From positions 11,470,001 to 11,534,000 of the forward strand of contig OX597837.1 of the NCBI GenBank assembly GCA_951406725.2: a stretch of DNA of 64,000 nt, read 5' to 3'. The notes under the pieces are model-generated. The model ran no database searches, was not told the DNA's origin, and saw only the letters and a program-made list of their open reading frames with translations. Source of the DNA: Octopus vulgaris. Its lineage: Eukaryota. Within the stretch, counting starts at the first letter, position 1, and each line of letters starts with the position of its first letter. Below, piece after piece: positions 13,782-27,829 of this stretch. A program made the position numbers and the translations under genes.

Positions 13782-14677
13782 TTGCTTGCGTACCCGGTAA
13801 TTCCTGGGAAAGTGGGGGTTTTCCCTTGGTTCCGTTCACATAATTGTTTCGATAATCTAATGACAACAGTACAAGGTATGTAGCCCTTCAAACGGTTTTT
13901 GTTAATTTACAGAGAATACCGAACTGTCTTACACAGGATCTTCTTTTTGGGAATTCCCAATAAGTTATGAATACCCAAATTGTGACGTCAGTCATGTAAT
14001 AACATGAAATTAGTTACCCTATAGTAATAATTCAAATAAAGTAACCCCGAAAAGGGCTTTAATGCGTTCTCAGAGTATATAGAACATAGGAGGTAATACT
14101 AATAAGGTATGTATACTAAAATCATGAATCATGTTACGTAAAATAACAGGCTAATCAGATATGAGATAATAACAATTCAATGTAAATAACTCTGAAAAGG
14201 GCTTTTGTACGTTCCCTGAGAATATTACCCTCAGTGGCGCTAGTATTGGTATATTCGTCACTAAACAAAATAAGTGGATCTATTGTTTAGGAAAATGCTA
14301 TTTCCTTGTTTCAGCGTTGTACTGGATAAATTACGAATATAACTCTAACAGTTCTAATACTAAGAAATCAGCATACTCAATTTGATTAATAACAAATGAT
14401 TTGGGAAAATGAATGGTTCATTCCCCTTGGCTGTTAAAATCTGGACGAATGGGTTATTTCCCTTGACTGTTAAAATGAAATATATTAGATATCTATAAGG
14501 TTCCCTTCCAGGGGCCCTATTATCGATCGACTTTTTCAACAATCTGCGTATGCTATAATGTTTCCAGATATGAGTTCTACTCATGTGTCAAGTTTCAACA
14601 AAATCGATAAAACTATGTAGGAGGAGTTAACTAACAACTCCACAAATTTTCAGGCCTTGTGTCTTTAGTAGAAAGGA
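13781..14677 (-). mobile_element. Second non-autonomous Helitron-like element (~900 bp)
   Basis: Minus strand reads A|TCctttctacta...cccaggaattaccgggtacgcaagCAAG|T; shares a tgt(a/g)ggag(g/t)agtta subterminal motif with 13225-13519; internal direct repeats at ~14032 and ~14178. Confidence 0.6.
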
Positions 14678-15154
14678 TTATATGTGGGTTTTGGCATTTA
14701 TTTCCTGTAATTTGTTCCTTGTTCGTCCTTCATGCTCATTAATAATAGAAACCATTCGTTATGGAGAGGCGGTTCCTTGGCATCTCGCTCAAGGCTAATC
14801 CCATTCAATAATAAATATGTTGTAAATGATATGATGCCTTAAAACTGCCTGTCCATTTATACTATACTTATATATGTACATATGTAAGCGCATGTGCTAT
14901 ATATCAATTAAAGCAAAACAAACATGCTACCTACTCAATGACATTCATTTGGCTTCTGTTAGCTTATGCGTATACGGAGCGACGTCGTCACCCATTACTG
15001 TTCCTCTTTTACAGGCATTCAAAAAATTGGCAAGGTGACCTTTCTTTCTTCCTTCCTTCCTTTCTTGCTTGCTTGATTCTTCCCTTCATTCCTTCTTTCC
15101 TTCTGTGTGATCTATTCGTTTTACTTTTGTAAAGAGGAAAATTTAATTCGTACA

Positions 15155-15520
15155 TGGACGCAGATATGTCTATGTGGTGTAGCAGTCCGCATTGCCACCA
15201 CATAGGTTTTGGTTCAGTTCCACTGCGTGGTACCTAGGGTGTCTCCTGCTATAACCGCGGACCGGCTAAAGACTTGAGAGTGAATTTAGTAGACGCAAAG
15301 AAACAAAAACTGAGTAGAAACCCGTCGTGTATGTGTGCATGTACATGTATAATGTGTGTGTACGCGCAAGTGTGACTTTCTGCTTGTGTTTCTACACCTC
15401 CACCATTGGTACTGGGTTGCTTACTTCTAGATTGGATCAATTTCTTCGACTAAACTCTTGAACACGTTACCCCAGCATGTCTGCATGCTAAGACTGAAAC
15501 AAGTAAAAGATAAAAGATAG
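15155..15520 (+). mobile_element. SINE family A, old diverged copy
   Basis: ggttcagttccactgcgtgg...gtagacg...ccagcatg...gactgaaacaagtaaaaga. Confidence 0.7.
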
Positions 15521-15822
15521 TTACTTCATTTTAAAACAAAATGGTTAAGCTGACACCTCTATTATATGCTTGGTCCATGGCCCGTGTCTAAAAGATCACG
15601 GTTGAGACGAAATGAAGTGTGTTGCTCAAGAACACAACACGTCGCCTGATCCAGGAAATGAAACTACTAAGGCGCCACCTACACAGTTACTTCATAATAG
15701 TTTAAGAATTTGGCACAAATCTAGCCATTTCTGGGTAGAGACTGAACCCGGAACCATGACGTTTGGTAGCAAGCTTCTTTCAACAGTCAAGACTGTGCCT
15801 ATATTTTATGTATGTATGTATG

Positions 15823-15884
<62 letters not shown>

Positions 15885-15897
15885 CATGTATACGGAT

Positions 15898-15937
<40 letters not shown>

Positions 15938-15944
<7 letters not shown>

Positions 15945-16147
15945 ATATTTCGGAATGGTCATTTTGCCAGTTTAGCCAATAAAAACACACGCACTATATA
16001 TTTGGTGTTATTTTGCTTCAGTGTTATTTATTTTTTACATTAATCTTAATCTTATTTCGGCCAGAGTTCTTTCGTCACACTCCTGTGACCGCATCAGTAG
16101 TCCTTTGGCTAAACTGGCAATATGACCATTCCGAAATATAACAATAT
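15938..16147. mobile_element. 210-bp element with ~42-bp terminal inverted repeats enclosing a hammerhead-like motif (16059-16103, minus)
   Basis: tattgttatatttcggaatggtcattttgccagtttagccaa and its reverse complement at the other end; the same terminus recurs at ~25957-25992. Confidence 0.75.
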
Positions 16148-16203
16148 CTGTTTCAACACACGACTTCACTTAAAAAATCTTGCACAACAAATATTTAAAC
16201 GTA

Positions 16204-16341
16204 TTGTTACGTATTTGTGTTGAAATCTCATATCAAAAATATACAGACGACATCCTGCATTGAGCGTAGGTATGGCGGTATTGTTATAAAGGACTCGATG
16301 CCCGAGCCGACCAGTTCCTTGTGAGTAAATCTGATAGACGG

Positions 16342-16389
<48 letters not shown>

Positions 16390-16601
16390 TGACATATACA
16401 TACATACATATAGACATACATCCATATATATATATATATATATACGTATCTTCCATGCTGTTTCTGTCTACCAGATGTACTCACAAGGAACTGGTCGGTT
16501 CGGGCAACGAGTCCTTCATAACAATACCGCCATGCCTACGTTCAATGCAGGATGTCGTCTGTATATTTTTGATATGAGATTTCAACACAAATACGTAACA
16601 A
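16204..16601. repeat. Long inverted repeat: ~140-bp arms (16204-16343, 16461-16601) around a (TA)n spacer
   Basis: Arms are reverse complements with scattered mismatches; inner parts resemble the SINE A body (ccgacc...ccttgtgagt...tagacggaaa). Confidence 0.9.
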
Positions 16602-16918
16602 AGAAGTTCCTCAACATGAAGTTTTTTTCCAATTAAGTTAGACATTTTCTGCAAGAAGAGATGCACAACAGTGGAAAGTTAATGAACGTATTCAGTCATG
16701 TTTCTTTTATTTTTTTTTATTTTTGACACCAGGAATATAATTAGAGAGAGAGAGAGAGAGAGAAAGGAAGAGAGAAAGAGCCGGGGTGCTGGTGGGAAAG
16801 AGACGGATTGCAATATACGTTGGTAGATAGACAGAGAGAGATAAACAGAAAAAACTGTGAATAAGCCCATGTGTTCTCTACACCGTAGGCCTCGTTACTG
16901 AATGTTAGCTAATATGCG

Positions 16919-16961
<43 letters not shown>

Positions 16962-17037
16962 ATGTTTATATATTTATACATACATGTATATATGTATATA
17001 TACATATATATATATATACATATATATATATGTATGT

Positions 17038-17068
<31 letters not shown>

Positions 17069-17202
17069 TATGTTTATATATCTATATATATATATGTATA
17101 TATACATACATATATGTATATATATATATATATGTATATATATGTACATGTATGTATATATGTATGTTTATATACCTATATGTATATGTGTGTGTATGTA
17201 TA

Positions 17203-17282
<80 letters not shown>

Positions 17283-17691
17283 TGAGTGGGTTGTGTGGGT
17301 GTACAGTATTATACTAAAATTCAAAGTTTGTCTGTTTTCCTGCCATTTGATTAAGATGATAAAGTTTAACAAATAAAATAGTTATTTCCCCCTTTAAGAA
17401 AAAAGAAATCAAGTTGAAAATGCGGACATTTCAAAGAGACGTCGTCCCTCCGTCCGTCCGTGATTTTTTCTTTGCTTTTTTCTTCTCTCCCTTTAATCAT
17501 TTATACAACTTTCGGACTTGAAAGATAAAAATTCGCCCTGTACTTTAGAGATATCTTTTAAAGACGGGTACTTGATTTTTTTTATTAAAAGAGAAATGTT
17601 CTGTTTTATTTAAAATAAAATGTTAATCTTTCTCATCTTAATCATAAAGCAGAAAAGCAGAAAATCCCATAAGAACGGAAAAAACAAACAA

Positions 17692-18200
17692 CCAATGAGA
17701 TGTGTCTTGAAATCGTTAACTCAGTGAGGTCAGTTGAGTACGTCATCAAGTACACGCTGAAAGGAAATGACCAAGCTGCTGTTCAAATAAACAATGATAG
17801 CTAAATTAGTCAATGTTTAATGGGTAGGTATTCTAGATCATCCCAACCAGTTTCAACCATTTGATGATTTTCAATTCTTGAAAGATCACCTGCTATAGTT
17901 AGACTGCAAGTTCATCTACCAGATGAACAGAAAATATTGCTTAGAAATAATGATGATATTATATATATGGTTGTTATATGGTTGAAGAACATAGACAGAA
18001 TGTTGACAGAATGATGACTCTACAAAAAACATTACTTTTTGCTGAAGTACTCGTGCATTTTATTTGAAACAGTAATAACGAAGAATGGAAAAGAGAGTAA
18101 GGAAAAATGGTGAAGGCCTTTTGAATGTTTTAAAATAAGAAACACTTGGTTGTGTTTATGTTCTCACACCAAAATCAGGAGAAGTGAATTATTTAAGGAA
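17692..18200 (+). pseudogene. Degenerate Helitron Rep/helicase fragment
   Basis: Own translation from 17700: LEIVNSVRSVEYVIKYTLKGNDQA...ISQCLMGRY...ERSPAIVRLQVHLPDEQ; then LLFAEV...WKR and LGCVYVLTPKSGEVNYLR. These match the conserved RepHel region (SIKYICKYVNKGSD, LAVHL, GRIYTVHP..ECFYLR). Multiple stops. Confidence 0.8.
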
Positions 18201-18566
18201 TTTTATTATATGAATTTCGAAATAGTTTCCTTTCCCGCAGCGCATCGACAGTTTCAACTTGGAGTGATTGTGACACAACAGGTCACGACGGGTACATCTA
18301 CTATATGTGTATGTGTGTGGGGGGGGGCTTCTCAAAACGAAGAAACGGTTGAATAAAATAAAACTGACCCTTTCATTCCAATATCTCTTTTGGTTTTACT
18401 TTGGCTTCAAATATTTCATTTCTTCATATCAACTTCCCATATATATAATATTGTTATGTATGAATGTATGATTGTATGTATGTATGTATGTATGTATGTA
18501 TGTATGTATGTATGTATGTATGTATGTATGTATGTATGTATGTATGTATGTATGTATGTATGTATG

Positions 18567-18602
<36 letters not shown>

Positions 18603-18671
18603 TGTATGTATGTATGTATGAATGTACGATTGTATGTATGTATGTATGTATCTATGTATGTATGTAAACTT

Positions 18672-18875
18672 TGGGGGTGGGGACAACCAGATCGAACCAT
18701 CTCAAGTGTAACTGCCCGAAATGGTCGTGACTTCTGGTACTTGACTGATGAAAGAAAGCCAAGAATGACCCGTCTTTTTTGCCTGTCCTTCTAATTGTTG
18801 TTTCTCTTGTCCACCTTTGTATCGTCTATCCGTCCGAACGTTTTAATGCCCTCTATTACGTTTTTGTTCCATTTA
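18672..18875 (+). mobile_element. Dispersed repeat (family P3), second copy, with permuted hammerhead-like motif at 18694-18760
   Basis: Homologous to 9405-9610 (minus); flanked by microsatellites. Confidence 0.65.
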
Positions 18876-18878
18876 TAT

Positions 18879-19003
<125 letters not shown>

Positions 19004-19048
19004 TAGTTCATTTGAAGTATTGTGGTACGGACGTAGGATAATGAATGC

Positions 19049-19139
19049 AATGAGAAATAAAGTGAGCTTCTAACAATGTAGAAGTGTTTAAAAGTTTTTA
19101 AACTTGTTACATTGTTAGAAGCTTTCCTTATTTCTCATT
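19049..19139. repeat. Imperfect 91-bp palindrome
   Basis: aatgagaaataa..agcttctaacaatgta pairs with tacattgttagaagct..ttatttctcatt. Confidence 0.85.
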
Positions 19140-19177
19140 TCTCATTTCATATATATTAATGTTTACAGAGAGAGGGG

Positions 19178-19209
<32 letters not shown>

Positions 19210-19360
19210 AGGAGAGAGAGAGAACTTATTCTTGCGCTTCCGTATTCTTATTGAGAATTGTGCGTATGCGTATGACTCTGTTAGCATGTGAGTGTGACTG
19301 TGCGTCTGTATGTATGAGTTTGTCCCTGTGTATATGTATGTCTGATAATTCATGGGCGCG

Positions 19361-19406
<46 letters not shown>

Positions 19407-19525
19407 GTGTGTGTGTGCATGCTTCCGTCTGTGTGGTTGTGTGATCGTGTATGTGCGCATATATATATATATATATATATATGTGATGTGTGTGTCATAT
19501 ATATATATATCATATAATATACATA

Positions 19526-19582
<57 letters not shown>

Positions 19583-20004
19583 GTACGTGCGTATGTATCT
19601 ATGTATGTATGTATGCATGTATTTATGTAGATGTGCATATAAGTATGTGTACGTATGTTTGGTTGTGTGTGTGTGTGTGTCTGTATCTCTGTAAGCGTAG
19701 GTGCCGGTGTGTGCCAGTCACCGAGTATGTGCATGTACGTGTGTATGTGTGTGTGTGTATGTGTGTGTGAGAGAGAGAGCATGTAACTATGTGTATGGGG
19801 TGGGGTAGGATTAGGTTATCTCCCAAACGTTAAGAAACCCGAAGAGCCCTGACTTAACTCTAACTCCGCTAGATAAAATTAATTGTAATAGTTTAATTTA
19901 GTTAAAAAACAAAATTATCTCAGTAATCCACTTAACTAAACATAAGGAGATTTAAAACTTATAAAGAAAACACACTTTAAAGTATTCTAAATGTACGTGA
20001 TAAT

Positions 20005-20049
<45 letters not shown>

Positions 20050-20058
20050 TATATATAT

Positions 20059-20098
<40 letters not shown>

Positions 20099-20152
20099 GC
20101 ATATATATATGTGCATATATATATATATATACATACATATATATATATATGT

Positions 20153-20183
<31 letters not shown>

Positions 20184-20559
20184 TATATATATGCATATAT
20201 ATATATATATTTGTATATATATATACATATATTTATATGTATACATATATATACATATATATATATATATATGTATACATATATATATGTATATATGCAG
20301 ATAGATATGCATATATATATGCATATATATATGTGTGTGTATATATATATATACGTATATATATGTACATATATGTACGTACGTATGCATCTATGTATGT
20401 ATGTATGTATATACGTAAGTATTTATGTACGTAGTAAGTATATATGTTCTCTTCTGTTTGTAATTATTTAAAATTCTTCCTTTGAGGAAAGAAGCTCGTT
20501 TTCTAAACAACGATGCAAAGCTCCATCGTTAGAATATAGATACCAAAAGCAAAGCGACA

Positions 20560-21600
20560 TTTTACGATATGAGAGAATTCTTGCACATTTTTACTCTTCC
20601 CCTTACTGATTGTATTTGTAATGTGCGAGTTAATCGGTTGAGTTCTTTGTTCTGTAAACCCCAGATTACCCAGATTGTCATTTCAGCATTTACCCACTAA
20701 ACCAAGTGCACCAATTATTACTGGCATAAATGTGAATTTATGATACGGGCATAGAAGCTGGAAGTTTCGAACTAGTTGTCCATCGTCATCCTCTTTCTCT
20801 TTGCTTTTCAAAGAAATCGTAACGTCCGCAGAGCAGCTGACCTCTATGACGGCACATATTTCTCTTGTCTGTCCCCAAACAATATCCAACTCCTTATGTT
20901 TACACTTGGCAGATATTTCGATGGGAATGTTCTGCCTGTATTCCTTGTGTTAATGTTTGCCTATGAATTCAATAACAGATCTCTATATTTCTTCATGGGC
21001 AGTCATTTTTTTCAGCTGGTATTGTATATTATTTTTGCGACAACATCGTGTCGCATAGAGCTGTATTACTTTCATGACATTTTTTGTAGGGGGAGGAGAA
21101 CAAATTCCATTCTTATGTCATCTGAAAATGTTACAAATTTCAGCAGCTTCTTGGCATTGTAAACACCTTTAGCATAAATGCTGAGGTCATCCGCAAAGAA
21201 ATTATGGGTTACATTGATATCTCTTGTAGTTGCAGACCCTTAGCATGAAGCCATTTAATATTTTTGCAGCAGGAACGATAATTGGTTTTATGCCAAAATT
21301 AACAGAATCACTGAAAGACAATTTCCTTGGAACATACCATTTGAAATATTTATAATGTAGGAGACGATTGTTCTGCTCTCAGTTCTAAGTGGAATAATTG
21401 TTGCCCAGGTCTTCATGTACCTCTCAATGGCAGTAATGGAGACACTTCAGCAGCCATGAGTGGGAAATAGAATCAAACGCCTTCTTATAATCAAGCCATA
21501 CACTTCCATTGCTCCTACAATGTTCTTTTATTTCAGAATTTCTACTGAATTTTTCAACCATCTACCATCGGATTACATTACTTTGTTCATTCAAAGTACG
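20560..21600 (-). pseudogene. Degenerate RLE-type non-LTR retrotransposon (R4/Dong-like) RT and endonuclease fragments
   Basis: GMFQGNCLSVILL (GIFQGD motif), THNFFADDLSIY (YxDD-like), RHDVVAKII, IEVSC and FMPVIIGALG; stops, frameshifts and a large deletion. Confidence 0.8.
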
Positions 21601-21654
21601 CCAATTATGCACCTTCATTGTGAATCAATATATATATATATATATATACTTAAA

Positions 21655-22010
<356 letters not shown>

Positions 22011-22274
22011 AATTATTACCGAATTAATACCGGATTGCTTTGATGTTATAAATGTACTTTTAGAACAACCTTAAGATGCCTTGTCTGACTTGGCTCGTGT
22101 TATCTTAATATATCTCAATCACATTCAATATAGACAAGCGTGATTCACTTATCTTCTCTACTACAAACACTCTCCTTGGCGGGGAAGGTCAGTTAAAAAG
22201 CAGTCATGAACTTTCCAAGTTGTGTTTTAATACGAAGTTTAGTTCAGACCATGCAGTGTTGGCTGACTATACAT

Positions 22275-22382
<108 letters not shown>

Positions 22383-22540
22383 GCGCATATATATATATTC
22401 TTTTATAAATATATACATATATATGTATATATATATATATATGCGTGTCTGAGTATGCATATATAAATATATGTATGTATATATGGGTGTGTGCATAATT
22501 TTATATATTATATTATATTATATTATATATATATATATAT

Positions 22541-22594
<54 letters not shown>

Positions 22595-23476
22595 TACAAA
22601 ATCTCTGTGATTGCTTGGTTGCGTGTTTGTTTGTAATTTACTACAGCCAAACCTGTGCATAATGGGAAAGTAAGGCAGACATCCTCACATGCGTGTCGGC
22701 GCGTATAAATATACACATGCAAATAGAGAGGGCAAAACCTGAAAACGAGACATTAAAATTTAACTGAAGCTGGTTGACCTTAACTCTTTACGTTTCTTAC
22801 AAATAATGAGAAATATGCTCACTCACACAGAGTGCGTCTGAATGAGAGGATGGAGGGAGAGGTGTACGAGAGAGACATTAATACGTCTGATGGATGTCAA
22901 ACAAGTCAGCGTTGCATCAGCGAGAAAATCGGGCAGCGTCAAAGCATCTTTGCCGAAACGCTTCATATGCGCCTGGGAAGATTCCGAGAAAAAGCACTGT
23001 GCGGTGTACTTCTTCTTTTTCTGATTAACTTAAAATGAAAGAAAGATAAAGTTGGAATCCTATTCTCAGCAAGTTCAAAATATAGAAAGACTTCCTGCCT
23101 GGTGAGACGCATAAGTTAACAAACTCCAACCGATGTTGTCGATCTGCGACAGCGCTCTGTATTCCTGTCTAAACGAACATCATGTGTTTTAAGGTATAGC
23201 GGTACTGCCTGGAGGCAAGTGTTGTTGAGCAGGCCCCTTTTTTAGGTTTTCTTTCTTCCGATGTCTACATCATTGCAGTCTCTGCATAACAGGTGTCTGA
23301 CAGGCGCCATATATGACCTTCCGGGCGAAACCGACGCAGCGCCATTGGGATTTGAATTGGCTTTTGGCACTCAAATTTGCAGAACAATTTCTTCGTTTCT
23401 CTGATTCTTTCTCACTGACGTTGAGGTCGGGGGAGGACTTTGAGATTTTAAATGTCTCCTAATATAATAATGAGCG

Positions 23477-23518
<42 letters not shown>

Positions 23519-23904
23519 AAAATCACGGAGCAAGAGTAGGACGGAGTAGGAGAAAGAGTAGTATAACTAGGGTAAGCTAGTTATAAATATAAGATGCGTT
23601 TGACAAGCATTGAATGTCCAATAAAATTCCTTGGACAAACCCAGAATTGCAGAGACATCGACTCTGATAATACATTTAGTTTAATTACTTCCATCTCCAA
23701 TTATTAATTATTTTGTTCGTTAATTCCATCCGTCATTAATTATAACGTTCGTTAATCCCCTCATTAATTCTTTTTTTTTTCTCATTAATACTTTGTTTCT
23801 CATACAACTTTACTCTATTAAATCTCTATCTGGTCGAGTGGGTAAAATGTCTGACAGTCCAACGGTTCGAATCTTGATTGAAATAGCATTTATTTGTCAA
23901 ATAA

Positions 23905-24072
23905 CCAGACCTTGCTCGTGATCAGAGATGCACATATCGTCAGCCACTAAGGGACATGCTCAACTGGTTAAGGTCAAACAACTGACAACCAAACCTTTGG
24001 TGTTGAGCAGAATATTTGCTGTGGCCCATCTGTTATACCAAGACAAAACATTGTATATGATAACACTTCCAA
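23905..24072. mobile_element. Unclassified interspersed repeat (family U), fragment abutting (TTA)n
   Basis: Homologous to 46365-46525 (ctcgtgatcagagatgca...gataacacttccaat). Confidence 0.75.
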
Positions 24073-24315
24073 TATTATTATTATTATTATTATTATTATT
24101 ATGTTTTTTTCCTTCTTTCTTCAAATTTTCTTCCGTTTCTCGCCGAGTGTTTTCCATACACCTAGGGCAGAGAAGGGCATTGTATGCGTTCCAAGATTAC
24201 ACGCGCAAATTCACAGATAAAATATGTATTTAAAAATTGATAAATAAATAAATTCACGGATGGATGTTATTTTCACAGCGATAATGCTCTTCTCAGTACA
24301 TGAGCCGTTCCAGTT

Positions 24316-24328
24316 TATTATTATTATA

Positions 24329-24382
<54 letters not shown>

Positions 24383-24409
24383 GTTATTATTACTATTATT
24401 ATTATTATA

Positions 24410-24447
<38 letters not shown>

Positions 24448-24460
24448 TATTATTATTATA

Positions 24461-24514
<54 letters not shown>

Positions 24515-24531
24515 GTTATTGTTATTATTAC

Positions 24532-24585
<54 letters not shown>

Positions 24586-24727
24586 AGTAACAGTAGTAAG
24601 AGGAGGAGGTGAAGGAAGAGGAGGAGGAGGAGGAGGAGGAGGAGGAGTAGGAGGAGGAGTAGGAGGAGGAGGTTGTGGTGGAGAAGGAGGAGGGGAAGAG
24701 GAGGAAGAGGAGAGAGAGAGAGGAGGA
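24316..24727. repeat. (TTA)n followed by (GGA)n
   Basis: Direct sequence. Confidence 0.97.
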
Positions 24728-25483
24728 ATTAGTATCTAGGTGAATATAAATCAGGTTCACTCTACCGAAATGGTTATTGTTTATCGTCTGTTTCGAAACA
24801 CGTTGTTATATTCATTTATATTCATTTTGTTTTCAGGATTCCTGTCTATAATAGAGAGGATTATCCTAGTTGTCACCTATTATAGACATCTTTTAATTTT
24901 TTCCTTTCTTCTCTTTCTTTTTCTGTCTTTCAGATAAAGTAAACAGAATATTTCTCTCTTTCTTTCTTTTCTGTTACTTTTTTTCTTTTTCGTTCCACTC
25001 TTTCGGATTTCGTGTAATCACATCACATTCCCATTGTCTGAGAGTTTCACGATTTTCCACAAAGAGTAACAGAAAGATAGAGATAGAGAAAGAAGAAGAG
25101 AGATCCAATTAGCAGACATGCATCCTCCGGGATAGGACGCTGATCTTCAGCAGGTTAGTCATCATCATATTGTTATTTCATCTATTATAATTATTTTTAT
25201 TTTATTTTATTTTATTTTATTTTTTTGTGTATCTTTTCCATTTGTTTCAGTCTTATAGAATTATTCCTTAACCTTCCTGAATGGAATCCTTTTCTGAACC
25301 CGTAAGGCAGGAATGATTAAGATCTCAACAGAAATAAAAGGTGTCGTGCAAAATATGTCAGAGACTCTTCGCACTTCTCAACACCGGTTATGGCCTTTTT
25401 TTTTTCGTACCGCAAAATGAACAATATCTATACCGGAAGTGTGTGCATATGTTTGTGTGTGCCTACGTATACGTATGTGTACA

Positions 25484-25565
<82 letters not shown>

Positions 25566-25649
25566 CATATATGTATATACATACATATATATATACATAC
25601 ATATATATACATATATATACATGCGTATATATATATATATACATATACA

Positions 25650-25777
<128 letters not shown>

Positions 25778-25995
25778 TAGAAGAAATGAGGTACTCAGAA
25801 AATCGGCTGGTTTATATTTACAGATATTTATTTGTATATTACATTTTTTATACATCATATAACTTAGATCATGTATTAGCGCTTTCTCCCATATATATAT
25901 ATATATATATATTTATATAGTACGTTTAAATATTTGTTGTGCAAGATTTTATTATAAACTGGCAATATGACCATTCCGAAATATAACAATATATT

Positions 25996-26049
<54 letters not shown>

Positions 26050-26059
26050 TATATGTATA

Positions 26060-26113
<54 letters not shown>

Positions 26114-26120
26114 CACACAC

Positions 26121-26179
<59 letters not shown>

Positions 26180-26329
26180 GGAGTTTAACGCAGGTGTAAT
26201 CAAATATTTTTACTTTAGACACATGTTTCGAAAATTCCACTGATACTATTCAAAAGAATAAATGGTATAAACAATGCAATCTCGTTAACAAGGTAAAAAT
26301 ACACTCATCTATTTATATATATATATAGT

Positions 26330-26520
26330 GGAGGCGCGTGGCTTAGTGGTTAGGATGTTGCACTCGTAATAGTTAAATTGTGGTTTCGATTCCTGGACCG
26401 GGCGTTGCGCTGTGTTCTTGAGCAAAACACTCCATTTCGCGTTGTTCCGGTCAACCCAGCTGACAAAAATTAGTGACCCTGCGAGGGACCAGCGCTCCGT
26501 CCAAGGAGGTGAATATGCAC
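26330..26520 (+). mobile_element. tRNA-derived SINE family C
   Basis: GGAGGCGCGTGGCTTAGTGG...GGTTTCGATTCC; homologous to 40983-41200. Confidence 0.8.
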
Positions 26521-27162
26521 GCACGCCATGGATTGTCGCTAAGCATTAAGCCAGACGTGCTGATGATTTTACCACCTCGCTGCCTTCGCTGCCTTAGATA
26601 CAGGTAATATCAAAATTGTCAGCTTCTCCTAAGATCTCAAATTATTAGCGAGTACTTTACGATTCGTAAAACACACGCGAAAACTTCAAAGGGCCGCAGT
26701 GTGTTGTGTCAATCCTTTTTCACGGTGAAGTAATCCATGTTTATTCGAACAGAGAGTAGCAATATCAGTGATATTATTTCAATTGTATGGAATTTATTAA
26801 AAACAAATACCGGTGAAATGTAAGAGTGCTTCGTTCGACAAATATAAGAGGAAAAGAGAGGGTTGTTATTAGCAGCGGAAAATATTGGAAAATGAATATA
26901 TATTTATATCAGCAACATAGATTATATTAAGAGATGGAATAAAAACAGAATTAAATTTACAATATAAACTATAATGGAATTCAGAATTCTTCGTTTCCTA
27001 AGATATTCTATTAGAGTAGATACGAGTGTGTGCCATGATTTAATTTCGTTTCTTTTCAGATTTTTGTCTTCTGCATACTGATACAAATGTAAGCACATAC
27101 AAATGTTTGTGTGTGTACATAAAATATATCAATAACATATCAGCCTTTATAAAATATATGTG

Positions 27163-27628
27163 AAGGCGCATGGCTTAGTGGTTAGGGGTTTTGGCTCACG
27201 ATCGTAAGGTCGTGTGTTCAATACCCAGCCACACATTGTGTCCTTGACCAATACACTTTATTTCACGTCGCTCCAGTCCATTCAGCTAGCGAAAATGAGT
27301 TGTACCTGTATTTCAAAGGGCCAGCTTTTCACACTCTGTGTCACGCTGAATCTCCCAGAGAACTACGTTATGGGTACACGTGTCTGTGGAGTACTCAGCC
27401 ACTTGCACGTTAATTTCACGAGCAGGCTGTTCCGTTGATCGTGCTAACATTTCTGCCAGCTCGCCGCCTTTCAGTTTCTGGGTACCAAATTCACTCACAA
27501 TGCTTTGGTCGGCCCGAGGTTATAGTAGGAAGCTATAGTAGAAGGCCCAAGGTGCCACGCAGTGGGACTGAACCCGGAACCATGTAGTTGGGAAGCAAGC
27601 TTCTTACCACACGGCCACTCATGCGCCT
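27163..27628. mobile_element. SINE cluster: C-related SINE (plus, 27163-27438), SINE B 5' fragment and SINE A 5' part (minus, to 27628)
   Basis: Homology to the families defined elsewhere in the window. Confidence 0.75.
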
Positions 27629-27829
27629 ATGCTAATTTCGATTATATTTATGATTATATTCATAAATTTATTCTAACGATTATTCATCAAAACGAAGTTG
27701 TTGTCTAACCGACAAAGTTTCTAAAAACTGTGGAATCTCCAGGACTTCGTCACCAACCTGAAGCTGAACTCTAGAATGTTCTTATGAAATATAATTCAGC
27801 CGGAGTACTCCAATGGCACCAAATCTCCT

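Noticed and set aside
22790-23460. Higher-complexity stretch that might be a host exon or transposon ORF
   Set aside because: No long open frame or recognisable motif on either strand.
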